From Microthyrium microscopicum (Eukaryota), in assembly GCA_010405405.1 (NCBI GenBank), contig MU004230.1, positions 282,627 through 346,626 on the forward strand: a DNA stretch of 64,000 nt, read 5' to 3'. A model generated the notes under the pieces. That model did no database searches and was not told the DNA's origin. It saw only the letters and a list, made by a program, of their open reading frames with translations. Made by a program: the position numbers and the translations under genes. Below are positions 26,605 through 38,714 of the stretch, piece by piece (position 1 is the first letter of the stretch; the number at the start of each line of letters is the position of its first letter).

Positions 26605-28173
26605 TCATTGTCTTAATAACTGCCACTTATTGGTGTTTGGGTCGATCGTCATGGTCATCACATCGGTCTCCACAGGCCAATCTCCACCGTGATAAAAGAC
26701 TTCATCGAGCAAGCTTTTTGAGAACCAATTCAGCACTCTATCCATGGGGACAAGCTCAGTAATACTCATTCCTGTATTTGGGTCATCGAATGGTTTCAAT
26801 AGACACAAACCATAAACAGGCAAAAGCTCACCCTCGTCGTCAGCGGATAGGAAGCCTCCCATGAAGTCATTCTCCCATGCGCATCCCCATTCTTCGGAGT
26901 CGTCGTGCTGGTGGAAATGTATCTCATAATCATTCGGGTGGGGCTGTAAATCTTTGGCCGGAACATGTGCTGGAGCAGCTATATATTCAAGTAGATGGAT
27001 CAATTCATGGAGTAGAGTAATAGCGAAGACGAAGTTGATACGAAGATGCCCACACCTCATATCTAGTGAACTGTCCTCTTTGCTTCGCTTAAAATCTCTC
27101 GCGTACTCTCCAAATTCACTATTGAACTCAGTATACATGTCCTGGCAATACGGGTCAACAGATGGAGCCACCTTAGGGCCTGTGCAACCAAAGGTGCATT
27201 TATCTTGCTTGATATACATGCACCCTTTACATTCCTTCTGCTCATCGGTCTTTTTTCCAGCCCTCTTGATTGTAGCTCTTGTTCTTTGTGGGCTCGATTT
27301 CTCCCTCGTGCAAACTATATAGGTTAGGCGTTCCGTGCAAGCCCTACTACGCAAAAACTTGTTGGTTCGTTCGAGCAGATTGGGTGTGATGGGGATGTCT
27401 TCAAGGTACCACTTCTCAACACCTCCTTGTTGTGTTGTCAGCCATCTACCTTCAAGAATTCTACCATAGGTACCGAGCACAGAAGGAGTGTTCAGTAGAT
27501 AATTACATAATCGGAAGCCCAGGTCAAAGGCACTTCTAAACTGTTTGGGATTGTCCATTTGCCAGAAAGGGCCTTTGCCATTTTCATCCCCGAACAACAG
27601 AAGCGGATGATCAACAGGAGGAAGCTTGATGTCATTAAGGCTGTGCAGTCTTCCGATCAAAGGTCGTGTGATTCCAGTATCATTCATGTCTATCGATGAC
27701 CCGAAGATCTCCTCTAGAGCAAAGTAGGGATGGCCTGGATACACCCTGCTCTCTTCCGGTGGAGGTGATGATGTATCCATAGGCGAGCCAGGTGATTCAT
27801 CTTCTGATGAGTCTTCCTCGGGTGAGTCTTGTTCAGATGAGAGAACATGTTCCCCTGATTGGGAAGGTGATCTAAAAATTGTTAGTGTAAGTTCAAGTCA
27901 CAATGTTATTCTGGTTGCTCAAAGCAAGCACGATACGCTGGATAGGTTGTTCCTGTATCATCTTTTCGGGATAGAATCCCTTCGTACTTCGTGTAGCTAT
28001 AAATTACTATGGAAGCCACCAAGCGCGGGGATTTATCACAAATTTTTGACATCAGAGATCTCGATGACCTCAAGACGCGTTTTTGCAAGAAGTGGAAAGA
28101 CTTACTCTGTAGACAGGTCCATCGGCGAACCAGGCCTGTTAGGCGATGCATTGCTCTTGAAAAACGAGAACAT
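26605..28173 (-). CDS. Orphan protein with HExxH zincin-like motif
   Basis: 391-aa ORF with TLLHELIH and downstream EEWGCAWE. A branch point/acceptor near 27872-27886 implies upstream exon(s); ATG at 28173 is tentative. Confidence 0.65.
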
Positions 28174-28682
28174 AGTTGAACTATCAACGGTCACCGGGAC
28201 TCGTAGTAGGTGTAGCGTAAATAAAGAAAGTCGAATATCATAGTTTAGGCAACTGGCACTCGACTGCTAATCTATAGGCACGGAGCTAGCATGGTCATCA
28301 ATCTCTTTTCTTTCACAAGTAGTCAGAAGCGAGTTCCAAAACCGCAATAAAAGCTGGGGCTCAAAGAGATTTCGATTCGAGCGAAGACTTCTTTATTCGA
28401 ATTACAATGACTTTAGCGACAGCATTGTAGCAGATTCAGAACGAACAAAGATGTTACAAAGGTAAACAAGGCTACCTATGATCAGATAGTGTATGTATTA
28501 TGTATTCCTGTTTGAGATCTAACTATGAGCTTGGTATAAGACTGATGATGTCTGAAGCCCATAGACGCAATCGCTTATGATTCACAAAGCTGGACCTTTC
28601 GACTTTAGCAACCAATTTAACGACTCTCCATACGTATTTCATGAGTACCTAGGTAGGCATTTTGACCTGCCTTCACTGTCTC

Positions 28683-30110
28683 ATGGTATCAGTATCCGTT
28701 TGGGATTATTTGGATCAGATGGTCTGTGAGCACCCGGAGTACTTCTCAGCCGAAGAATGCAAAAAATTCGAGTTGGCCCGTGAAAATATCCCACGTTTTA
28801 TTTTCAGAGGCTTCCATAAGGATTCCGGAGGAACGGAAAGTGGGCTGAACACCGCATACGAAATACGCCCATTAGCTTATGCACTGGAACCGCTGGTTAG
28901 CAACCCTTCTAATGAAAGAAATTTGGGTGATATCCAATACGGTCCCGATATGCTTGACCATCACTTGATGTTTGGACCGTTTCCCACAGAGTTTAGTAGC
29001 TGGACAGCAAGTTTACGCGTAGCCATGTACTATGCGCTTTACACGCAATCAAAAGATACCAAAAATATTTTCATAGCGATACTTGACACCAAGCACCCTG
29101 AATGTCGAGTTAAAGCTTATCCAGTTACAGCGAGTTCGTCAAATCGTCACTACTATGATGAATTCCTTGTTCAAGGAGTAGTAAGTGGGCCTGCTTTTCG
29201 AGTTGTTTCTTGGAAAGACTGGGAGGATGCATTGCCACATCGTATGTGGGAAGACATTAGAGCTGAGGGCCTTGTAGGTGAGCCTCATACCGGGCCACTG
29301 AGTATCGATGAGATACCTCAGTTTCAAGGACCTAGCGATTGTTCAGTCGACTTCATCACGGGAGCTTTGAAAATTGCCCGGCTTACCGCTCGGCCTAACG
29401 AACCAGATCTTGCCTTCGTAATCTTGATCGGCATATTAACATTGATGGAGCGGAGTTGGTTTGCAAGTCTATCCTCAACCCAAACAATTGCGCGCAAGAT
29501 GACTCATATGCTGAAAGTTAGCGGGTTTGAAGTTCCGCCTTCTATAGAAAACTACAGCCACAATTTGATACCGAGATATCCTCAAAATTGCGAGCTCTCC
29601 CCCGAAGTTAATCAACACTGGAATATCTTGCGAGCAATAACTGGCGAAGATCCGTGGTGCCATAGAACCATAGAGTGTTTGTTCGCCGAAGAATGTGGTT
29701 ATTACTATCCCTATTTCGAGTTGAAAGAAACATGGCCTTGGCCTGGAGCACCAGACTATGCAAAAGCAACATATGAGAAGTGGCTAAATTCGGGTTCGAG
29801 GGAGTTGAAAGAAGCCATTATGAAGAAGAAGTACGAAGATTTCCTCGCCATGCGCGAGTGGCTGGATTACATGACTCCAAAATATTTCTCCGAAAAGCTA
29901 GAAAGCGACTATTTGGCATTGTTGGCGGGGGATCACTATCAGTATGCGATGCAGAGTTCAAAGTTCAAGGTCACTTTTGATCGTTGGCTTCGTACAGACA
30001 CGAGTATTAGCAAAGAGAAAAAGCAAGCGGACTTTGAGCAGATGAAACTTGCCCACGCAGGCTGGCCTAGCGACTCCTCCGAATCCTCTGATTACTCTGA
30101 GTCAGATTAG
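28683..30110 (+). CDS. Uncharacterised protein with ADP-ribosyltransferase-like R-S-E motifs
   Basis: Intronless long ORF with PRFIFRG, FSSWTASLRVA, IAILDT and DEFLVQG in the order expected of the ART fold. Confidence 0.65.
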   Translation: MVSVSVWDYLDQMVCEHPEYFSAEECKKFELARENIPRFIFRGFHKDSGGTESGLNTAYEIRPLAYALEPLVSNPSNERNLGDIQYGPDMLDHHLMFGPFPTEFSSWTASLRVAMYYALYTQSKDTKNIFIAILDTKHPECRVKAYPVTASSSNRHYYDEFLVQGVVSGPAFRVVSWKDWEDALPHRMWEDIRAEGLVGEPHTGPLSIDEIPQFQGPSDCSVDFITGALKIARLTARPNEPDLAFVILIGILTLMERSWFASLSSTQTIARKMTHMLKVSGFEVPPSIENYSHNLIPRYPQNCELSPEVNQHWNILRAITGEDPWCHRTIECLFAEECGYYYPYFELKETWPWPGAPDYAKATYEKWLNSGSRELKEAIMKKKYEDFLAMREWLDYMTPKYFSEKLESDYLALLAGDHYQYAMQSSKFKVTFDRWLRTDTSISKEKKQADFEQMKLAHAGWPSDSSESSDYSESD

Positions 30111-30712
30111 AAATTACCCACCCGCGACGGGCATTGAGGTAGCGGGAAGAGAACAGTTCGGACTTGGTAAGTATTGGGAGCCAGGGAGTGCTAGGCGTGT
30201 ACTGTACCTCCCTATCTGCTTGCGCAACTAGTTATGTTAGACTTCTTAGACAAGATTTATAAAAAATCATGCCAATCAATCAAATAAGGAGATGGGCGTT
30301 GCTGCTGTTTAGTTCTGGGATCCTGCATGTGAACAGTTTCGTGTAAGGCTTTTTGGCTGTGTCGCACGGCAGCCAATTTCTCGGCAAAGAGAGGAATCGT
30401 TGTTCTGTATTTCAAGTTTCTTTGATCTTTTTATGACTCCTGTCTTTGTAAGGCTTAATATCAGCAGTGCCGACGATATTGTACTCGAAACTTATTGCTG
30501 CTAGACATGGATAACTGTTGGTTCGTAAGGAGATGAAGTTGGGAGTCTCCTAATCAAGTGACAAGAATGAATTCTGAGCTAGGTTATAGCCCTAACCTTG
30601 GAAACTCTAGCTATCCTGCTATCCACCAATTTCCAAACCACCAAGACCATCTCCAACTTTTGCATCCATTCTCTCACGACCATTTACCTATAACACATAA
30701 CAAGCCATCAAA

Positions 30713-31446
30713 ATGCCGAAATATAAGTACTCCCCACAGAATTCGTCCGAAATATACAGCTAATAGTCTTTTACTCTTCTGTAGGAACTACGCGTAAACA
30801 ACGCCTCGATGTCCGGCTAACATAAATAGGTGACTATTGCGATGTCTATCTCACGCATGACTCCATGAGTGTGCGTAAAGCTCATAACAGTGGTCGTAAT
30901 CATCTCCGTAACGTTGTCGACTATTACCAGCGTACGCGCGTACTTTCCATATTATCGAATACAATCTAACATAGACCAGAAATCGGTCACGAGAAAACCC
31001 AAAGCGTAATCGAATCCATCACAAACTCCTACGCCGCCGCAGGCCAAGCCGACTCGAATCCAATGCTACAAGCGCCTATGGTTGGTCCCGGCTTCCCACC
31101 GCCTTTTCCCTTTCCTGGCGGCCCTCCACCAGGTGGTCGCGGAATGCCTCCCATGCCGTTTGGTATGCCTGGTATGCCTGGTATGCCTGGACAAATGCCT
31201 CCGCTACCACCGAACATGCCTTTCCCGCCCCCCGCAGGAATGCCATTCCCACCTTTTCCTCCCAACGGCTCGCAGATGCCACCCTTCCCTCCTGGAGGAT
31301 TACCACCACCTGGAAACTTTCCATTTCCAATGCCAATCGCGGGATCGCCTGTCGGTGGTCCTCCACATGGTATGGGAGGCCCGCCTCCTGGAATGGGACA
31401 TCATGGACCACCAGGGATGAATCAGCCTCCACCAGGCCAACGATAG
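30713..31446 (+). CDS. YHC1: U1 snRNP protein C (U1-C/Yhc1)
   Basis: Exons 30713-30722, 30775-30780, 30830-30931 and 30980-31446 give [34 protein letters not shown] (matrin-type zinc finger) plus a Pro/Met/Gly-rich tail. Confidence 0.96.
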
Positions 31447-31649
31447 AATCGTTAGTCCTAGGGAGCATGATTTAAGCGAATACAATACGGTTGCATGGAA
31501 GGCGTTGTGAGCTTCGACGGTTTCATCACAGTACATGAAATGTCTTTGCATGGAGTTAAAGACGGATATGACTTTTTACTACTGGATACGGATACCCTAG
31601 CTTTTGTAGTATTACAGAAAAGTTGTGAGTTTACCGTCTCGCTAATATC

Positions 31650-32730
31650 TTATTTTCTGCCTGGTCTTTTTGGCTTTGAGAAGGCTGCTTTTTGTTCTTG
31701 CTTTGGCGCAAATTCTTCAGCAATGAACTTTTCGGTGATTTCACTTGGATCTGTAGCCTCCATCTACCACTGTATTAGCCTTGGTTGCAAAAATGAAGTG
31801 GATACCAGGCTTACCTTCTTTGCCAGGGCAATACCGGCCTCTTTCTCGCACAGCACTTCAGCTGATCGTCTCGAGCTCGCGTAAATCATGCGCTCTCTAA
31901 TCTTTGATGATGATGGACAAGTATAGAAGAAGAGGATCTGGCCGCCCTCATGCGCCCAATACGAATATCGTGGCTCACTGGCATCAATTTGCGATGCCAG
32001 ATTTTCCGCGCTCACGCCCTCGACCACTGGATTACTTGGATCTGCCAATACCACCTCCTCACTCGCATTGATCTTAAGCGTCACGAATCTTCCTGCGCCA
32101 TCTGCCAATTGCTTCAGCGCATCAACAACCCCTTCTCCTGATCCCATCGACTTGCCTCCTGCTGGGCCATACCCTGCACCCCGCCGTCCAGTGCCACCAA
32201 TCTCCGACGCCTCTGCGTCCCTAATGTCGGCCAAATTGCGCTCTTCCTCTGTCAATGGCACGTCCGCTTGTACATGCTTCTCATGTCTTTTCCAGCCTGC
32301 CGCACTCAGCTCCTCTGCCACAGTTGTGAAGAACGTCTCGGAAAAGTGCTCGGTACCCAGCTCGCGCGCTAGTGTCAGCCGCGTGCTGGCAAACAGTGTC
32401 TTTTGGCGCACAGGCGCGGTATCGGGCACGTAGGTGACAGCGGTCAGTGGTGCGGTGCTAGACCCATTGGGTGCGCGTATGAGGATATAGAGTGCTTCGT
32501 TGGGTTGCAAGTGTGTGGCGAGTGCGGAAAGGTCGTCGTAGAAATCGGAGGTGCTAGGGATGGTGCGCTTGGGGACTATAGTCTCACCGTTGATGCTAGC
32601 GAGTAGGGCGCGTGTGCTTGGGGTGGCTAAGAGGTCTTTGAAGGCTTCATGGAGCTCGACAGAGGCTGATTTGGTCAGCAAGGCGCATGACAGACATACA
32701 TGAGCACCGACCTGATATTCCGGACTGCAT
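31650..32730 (-). CDS. TWF1: Twinfilin (two ADF-H domains)
   Basis: MQSGIS start, YVPDTAPVRQKTLFASTR, IRERMIYASS and C-terminal FSKPKRPGRK; two introns. Confidence 0.95.
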
Positions 32731-33199
32731 GATGAGACGCCAGATCTTGTTTGTATGTCAAACTTGGGAGGTGGTTCCAATTCAGCTCTCACGCGAAGAT
32801 ATCAGAGTATCTGAGCAGAGTATTCGTCGAATTGCCCCGAACTGTGGTTCCAAGGAGATAATTGAGCTGCCTTTTATGCTCGATTCACTCGGTGTTGCCT
32901 GGCATGTGCAATCAATGCTAAATTGCAGTCTGCACGTCTACCAAAGAAATCTGACCAAAGCTTCAGTTGGACTATGGAATGGCGTATTCAAACGAAATTA
33001 GAGGCTGGAGAAGTTGAGGCCTGAATCAACGACTCCGGAACTCGAAACTCGCAAGGAAAGAGCTCTAGAGAAGTGGGGCAAGCACGTGATATATTCTCTT
33101 ACAAGGCTGAGTGAGTATAAGGCTGAATGCTCATTGTCTATCGTTGATCTATGAGGCTTTATATTGAGGAGCGAATCTATGTCCATGCTGATATGAAAG

Positions 33200-35043
33200 C
33201 TATATTAAACGTTTCGGCGTAGACGAGCCTTTCCCTAGCCCTCCAAACATCGAACTAAGGATACCTGACAGGCTGCAGGTTTTATCATACTCCGCTGAAG
33301 TCTTGTATGTGATGGCACTAGAATTGACACCTCCAAGGATTACGATGGTTGGTTCTGGAAGTGTCAGTATACCACGCTATGGGGAGCTTATGCTTGATTC
33401 TTACTTTCTGGATCGTATCTTGGCCATTTGAGAGTGTCAAGACCGCTCTCTGGCTTCTTGGCGAATGCGGTCCATGCCTCGCGCATCGTCTTGGCCAGTT
33501 GAAGCTGTTCGGGCGAGTCTGGCGACTTGCGCGTGAATTGAGTCGTTCCAAAGATCAGTCCAATCTCGCTTCCATGCCATGGTCCGGACACATCGGCAGC
33601 AGTGTTTTGATTAGGATAATCTCCAGCATACGAATATCTCCAGGTCGGGACCTTGGTCGTCCGAGCCTTTGCAACTGTTGCAGCCGCGCAGCTGAATACC
33701 GCAGTAAGCGATTTCTTGAAGGACGCAGATACGCTGTTTCCACGTATGAACGTGATCATCTCATTCTCAACGTTACCTATGAGAACTGGCTTTTTGATGT
33801 AGTTTCCAGCCGCTGTACGTGCTGCGTAGTCGTCAAACACTGTCTTCCCGTCCACTCTTGGCAAGAATACACCAAAGTTGAGAGCACTGGTCGAGCTGTT
33901 GGACGGCGGTGGTTTGACAACACTTATGATGTCGTCTGTCGATTTGGTCCGCATACAATCCAGTGTCTTCTCGCCATCTGCAGCTGTTCCACAACCAAGT
34001 TTCTCAGATGCCTTGTACCAAGCTTCGGAGACGTTGCCAAATCCAGAAAAGCTCATGGTGCTGCTAGTCCCGGACTGTGGGATGAAAGCATTGACGATCG
34101 GATCCTTTGTATACGCGTACGCATAGTAGTCAACACTAGCCGCGCCCGCAGACTGCCCAAAAAGTGTAATCCTGGAAGGATCACCGCCAAACTTTTCGAT
34201 GTTATCTGGGCTTTTTAGTATAAGAATTCCCTCACTTTCCACAGCTTGGACTTACCGCGTACCCATTCCAGAGCCATACGCTGGTCGAGAAGTCCCACAT
34301 TCTTATCTGGTAAAAATGACATACCTGGGAAACCAAACACGCTTATACGATAGCTGTGAATGGGAGTCAGCGACAGTGAGCAATAATGAAGTACAAAGGT
34401 CTTACTTCAGGTTAACCACGATAACATCATGCTCATCGGCTAGTAAAGCACCATTATAGCCTTTATTTGAGCCACTGCCGACGATAAATGCGCCGCCGTA
34501 GATCCAGACCTGTCGTAACATGAGAAACCACCCGTATTGGTCCCCAGCCGCAAACTTACCATAACAGCCTTTTTCTTTTCTCCAGTTTGTGGCTTGGTCC
34601 AAAGATTCAGGAATAAGCAATCTTCTTTTTGGGTGTCTGTTGCACCACCCATAGCTGCACTAGCAGGCGAGTTGTTCGCTGTTGAACAAGAACTATATGC
34701 CGTAAGTAGAGCTCATCCTTTGGAAAGTTATCATTCTATACAAGCCCTGTTTAACTGTTTAGCAGATAATACCAATAGAATTATGTTGAAGACGTACGTA
34801 TTTAGTAGCATTAATGGCTTTGCCGGAACCTTTTGCGGCGACTGGAGCTGCCCATCTTAGTTTTCCAACTGGTGGTTCTGCATATGGAATTCCAAGATAC
34901 TCGGACACCTCAGGCTTCCATGATGAAGGCTGACCAGTAATGTCCCCAGATGTCGTCTTTACTGTTTGGCCCGCTCGAAATGTCGACTGGGCTTGAACAG
35001 TAATGAAAGACAGAAGAGACAACAATAGATAATTTGGCATCAT
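33200..35043 (-). CDS. Secreted type-B carboxylesterase/lipase
   Basis: Signal peptide, YLGIPYAEPPVG, EDCLFLNLW, WIYGGAF, FGQSAG (nucleophile) and WHGSE (His); about 6 introns including a 5-nt micro-exon. Confidence 0.93.
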
Positions 35044-36490
35044 GAACAGCTTGACGCTTCCTCGAGAACTCAGAACGAATGTTAAAAGTTGAAAAAGGAC
35101 AGCTTCAACTCTTCTGTTGTTTCGGCGAACTACTTGTCTATAAAGCATTGTTGAATATGGTAGGATGCTAATATATTCTATATTGGTCGGGAGGCATAAA
35201 CCCCGACGAGTGACTAGAAAAACAACGGCACACAGCTTTCTATGAACAGGAATAGCGTTCTTGTAATTTTTAGGCGATAGCCGCTTATTTGTTATATTAA
35301 TATAGGGTACTTTCTTCGCAGATTTGAGTTAGTAACAGCGCCCCTATTCGGCAAGCCCTTGTGTAAACACTGTCCCCTGAATTGGTCACAACTCTAAGAG
35401 ACAATAATCTTAAGTGTCACTAAGATGATACCCATCTTTTCTGCATTCTAAACGTTGGCTCTGTTAATTCATATTCCGATTTTGATTGATAGGGTAGTAA
35501 ACTTGATGTATTATCTTCTACGAGAGCACTCGGAGTGTATCTATGCACTTGAAAGAATGACGATAGACATCGCAGTATTTTGGACTCATGAGATGACTGA
35601 GAAGGCAGAATGAAGTTACTCAAAGCTCTTGGCAACGATTTCTCGTTCGCACTCAGAAGGGCGGTTGGTGCGCTTGCGACTTTTGATAACAAATGTCATC
35701 AGCCATGCAGTTGTCCAGTTGCAAACCTTGACGGTGTGGGTTGATTTTAGAGCCGAGCAGTGCGACTGACATTACGAATCAAGCAATAGAGACATCCAGA
35801 CTGGTAAGTACCAACTCGTTTCTGATTTCCTGTTCACGAGCGCTACCAAAGTTGTTGTTAAGAGCCCCAACTTCATGCCTCCCATTCAAAAGGCATTAAA
35901 TACCTACTCAACGTACCCGAATGTATCTGGCTCTGCCTCCGGTACTATAATTCAAGCAGATGGCGTTATCCCGCATATTTTGCACAACTTGGCGTTATCC
36001 TACAGACTTGACCATCCTCTATCATGCGCATGGCAGCCTGTAGTCACGCCATTGCCAGATTTGACTGTGAATTCAACAACACTTGATTTCTTTCTTTTTT
36101 TCTTCCCAGTTCTAGCCGCACATTAAGGTTCCATTAGTGTTATCTAGACTATCTTAATAATCGCAAGAGGCTACGGAATGTTCTCATCCACTGCCAATAT
36201 GATATCAGTCAAGCCAGTTTATGCATGTCGACACCAACCATCCAGCCATTCGCGAACAATGCCTAACAAGTGCAGAAAGCCCATAATTGGAAATAATCGT
36301 CGCTTCTTGCGAATTTCATAGCGTCTCGCTATTGCGAAGAGCTTACTGGTTGAAGCATGAGGTCTAGTCACCAAGTGGATCTTTGTTGGTTCTTGAGTCT
36401 TCTCATGAGTTTTGGATGGACTCATATATGGTTACCCGTGCAGCTTTGACTGTGAATTTCTACTGCAGATTGCTCCCTACTATCTGAAAT

Positions 36491-38714
36491 ATGGCAGAAA
36501 AGACTTCATATGTCATGTCGGCTCCACCGAAAAGTAGCTGGAAAGGCTGGTTGTGGGATTCGGCAGATGTTTCCAAAGAAGAAAGGCGGTTCCTTCTGAA
36601 GGTTTGTGGCCTTCCAGCTTATTGAGGTACCACTGTGAGTTGGTTAAACTAACCTCGTTTAGTTGGACTTCACTCTCCTGACATTTGGAACTCTTGGAAT
36701 GCTGATCAAATGGGTAAGTAATACTATAAATCCTTGAGTGGTACAAGTTGTAACATTATTTTCAAGATTGACACATCGAATATCACCAATGCCTTCGTTT
36801 CAGGTATGAAAGAGGACCTAAACCTCTATGGAAACCAGTATAATTACATCGTCGTTGCTTGGACTGTTGGTTACATTATTGGGCAATGGGTAAACTTTTC
36901 ACTGCCAAATCTCTTTCTGATACTAATACAATACAGCCATCAAACTTTATCCTGACCAGAGTACGCGCTCACAGTAAGCATTTTCCAAAGTACTTGGAGA
37001 TATCTTGATCGGCTGACCTAACTTAGTTTGGATACCCTTTCTTGAGATTGGATGGACAATTTTTACTTTCGCGCTGGCAGGCGCAAAGACATATCCTCAA
37101 ATGCTGGCTCTTCGATTTGTTGTCGGACTCTTTGAAGCCGGTTATTGGCCTGCTCTCTATTACATCCTGGGCAGTTGGTACAACAAACGTATGTGTTTGC
37201 TCACTCTCCTTTTGAAGATCTTTCATGGGGCAAATCACTGATCATTGATATCACATAGGGGAGCTTGGAAAGCGTAATGGAATTCTACAGTCTGCGGTCT
37301 CAATCGCCCCTATCTTCAGTGGATTCTTACAAGCCGGAATTTACAACGGCCTGAATGGTCATGCCGGTCTCGCAGGATGGAGATGGCTTTTCGGTGGGTA
37401 TCATCGACAGCATCACCTGCACTTACAGAGTACTGACTCAGCTATGCAGTCATCAATGGGATTATATCTCTTCCAATTGCAATTCTCGCATTCTTCTTTC
37501 TACCTGACACTCCAGGTACTGCCAAACCTAACTGGTTGTTCAGTGAGCGTGTAAGTTCATCACATTGCCTCAATGTGAAATAAAAGCTAAGCAATGTGTT
37601 CTGCACTTTAGGAGATAGAAATTGCAAGAAAGAGAATGTCAGTTGCGGGCAGAGTCGCCGAAGGCAAGCCATACACAGTCAAGTCTATTCTTGGTTATCT
37701 TACGAGCTGGAAGACTATTCTTTTCACACTCGTCTTTAGTAAGAGCTTTAATCCGTTATTACCCTCAATGCTAATAGATTTTCTTAGCAATGCAGCCTTT
37801 TGGCAGTCAACCTGCGACCTCATTCGTGTTCTGGTTGAAAGCACACAACAAGAAAGGCAAACCGGCTGTCTACAGTGTCGCTCAAATCGTATGTTTAACT
37901 CCTTAGTCGTCGCGAAGAGCTCAACTAACCTAAACCTTACCAAACAGAATGAGTATCCTACACTCGGTAACGCATTCACTGCTGTATATTCTCTGGCTGC
38001 GGTATGGATTTCTGATGGGCCGCTGAGAGGCCGCCGCTGGCCAACAATCATCTTTGGAAATCTCGTTGCGATCGTCATTTTCGTTTTACTTGTTGTTACA
38101 CCAGTGTTTGGGCCTTTCTCTCATCGAGCACCGCTCTATATCCTGTCTTCCATTGGCGGAAGTGCTGTTCCACTGACCATGGCGTAAGTTTTCCATATCG
38201 TTTCAAATACACCAAGTCGAAGATTGAAGCTAACATGTTTGGACCTAGATGGATGTCAGAGTTGATTTCGGATAATGCCGAGCAGAGAGCATTCACTGCC
38301 GCTTCCATGAACACTCTTCAATGTAAGCTATTGATCCCGATACTCATGACTCAGCTGCTTATACTTATGTCCAGATACTTTCTCGGCGTGGATACCGTTG
38401 GTCTGGTTCCAACAAGTTCAACAGCCAAATGGTAAGTACTTATTCACTCTAAGGGGTAAGAATTTGTGTTTCTAACCTTTTGTCCAGTAACTGCCGGTAA
38501 CAGAGCTGCAGCAGTAGTAGCAGGACTCAACGTCATTGTGTTCACCATCATCACAGTTCTAGCTCATAGAGAGAAGCTACAGAAAAAGAGGAATGGTGAG
38601 CTTCCAGCAGCATCGACTTCCTCAAATTCCTCCACTCCAAGCATTGATGATGGGAATGAGAAGAACATCTCCTCGGTTGTTGTAGAGGATGTAGCTCCTG
38701 TCCTCAAACGATAA
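36491..38714 (+). CDS. MFS transporter, Dal5/pantothenate (Liz1/Fen2-like) family
   Basis: ID.SNITNAFVSGMKEDL, RFVVGLFEAG, GSWYNK.EL.KR, LAGWRWLF and FFLPDTP; about 12 canonical introns traced in frame. Confidence 0.92.

Noticed and set aside
30723..30774. U12 (minor spliceosome) intron
   Set aside because: The donor is ATAAGT rather than ATATCCTT, there is no TCCTTAAC branch site, and the lineage lacks the minor spliceosome.
31160..31190. GGTATGCCT x3 repeat
   Set aside because: It simply encodes GMP repeats in the low-complexity U1-C tail.
33349..34218. 289-aa plus-strand ORF
   Set aside because: Antisense shadow of the carboxylesterase exon with no recognisable motifs.
33200..38714. Esterase plus MFS transporter as a secondary-metabolite cluster
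   Set aside because: No backbone enzyme or regulator nearby; at most a divergent catabolic pair.
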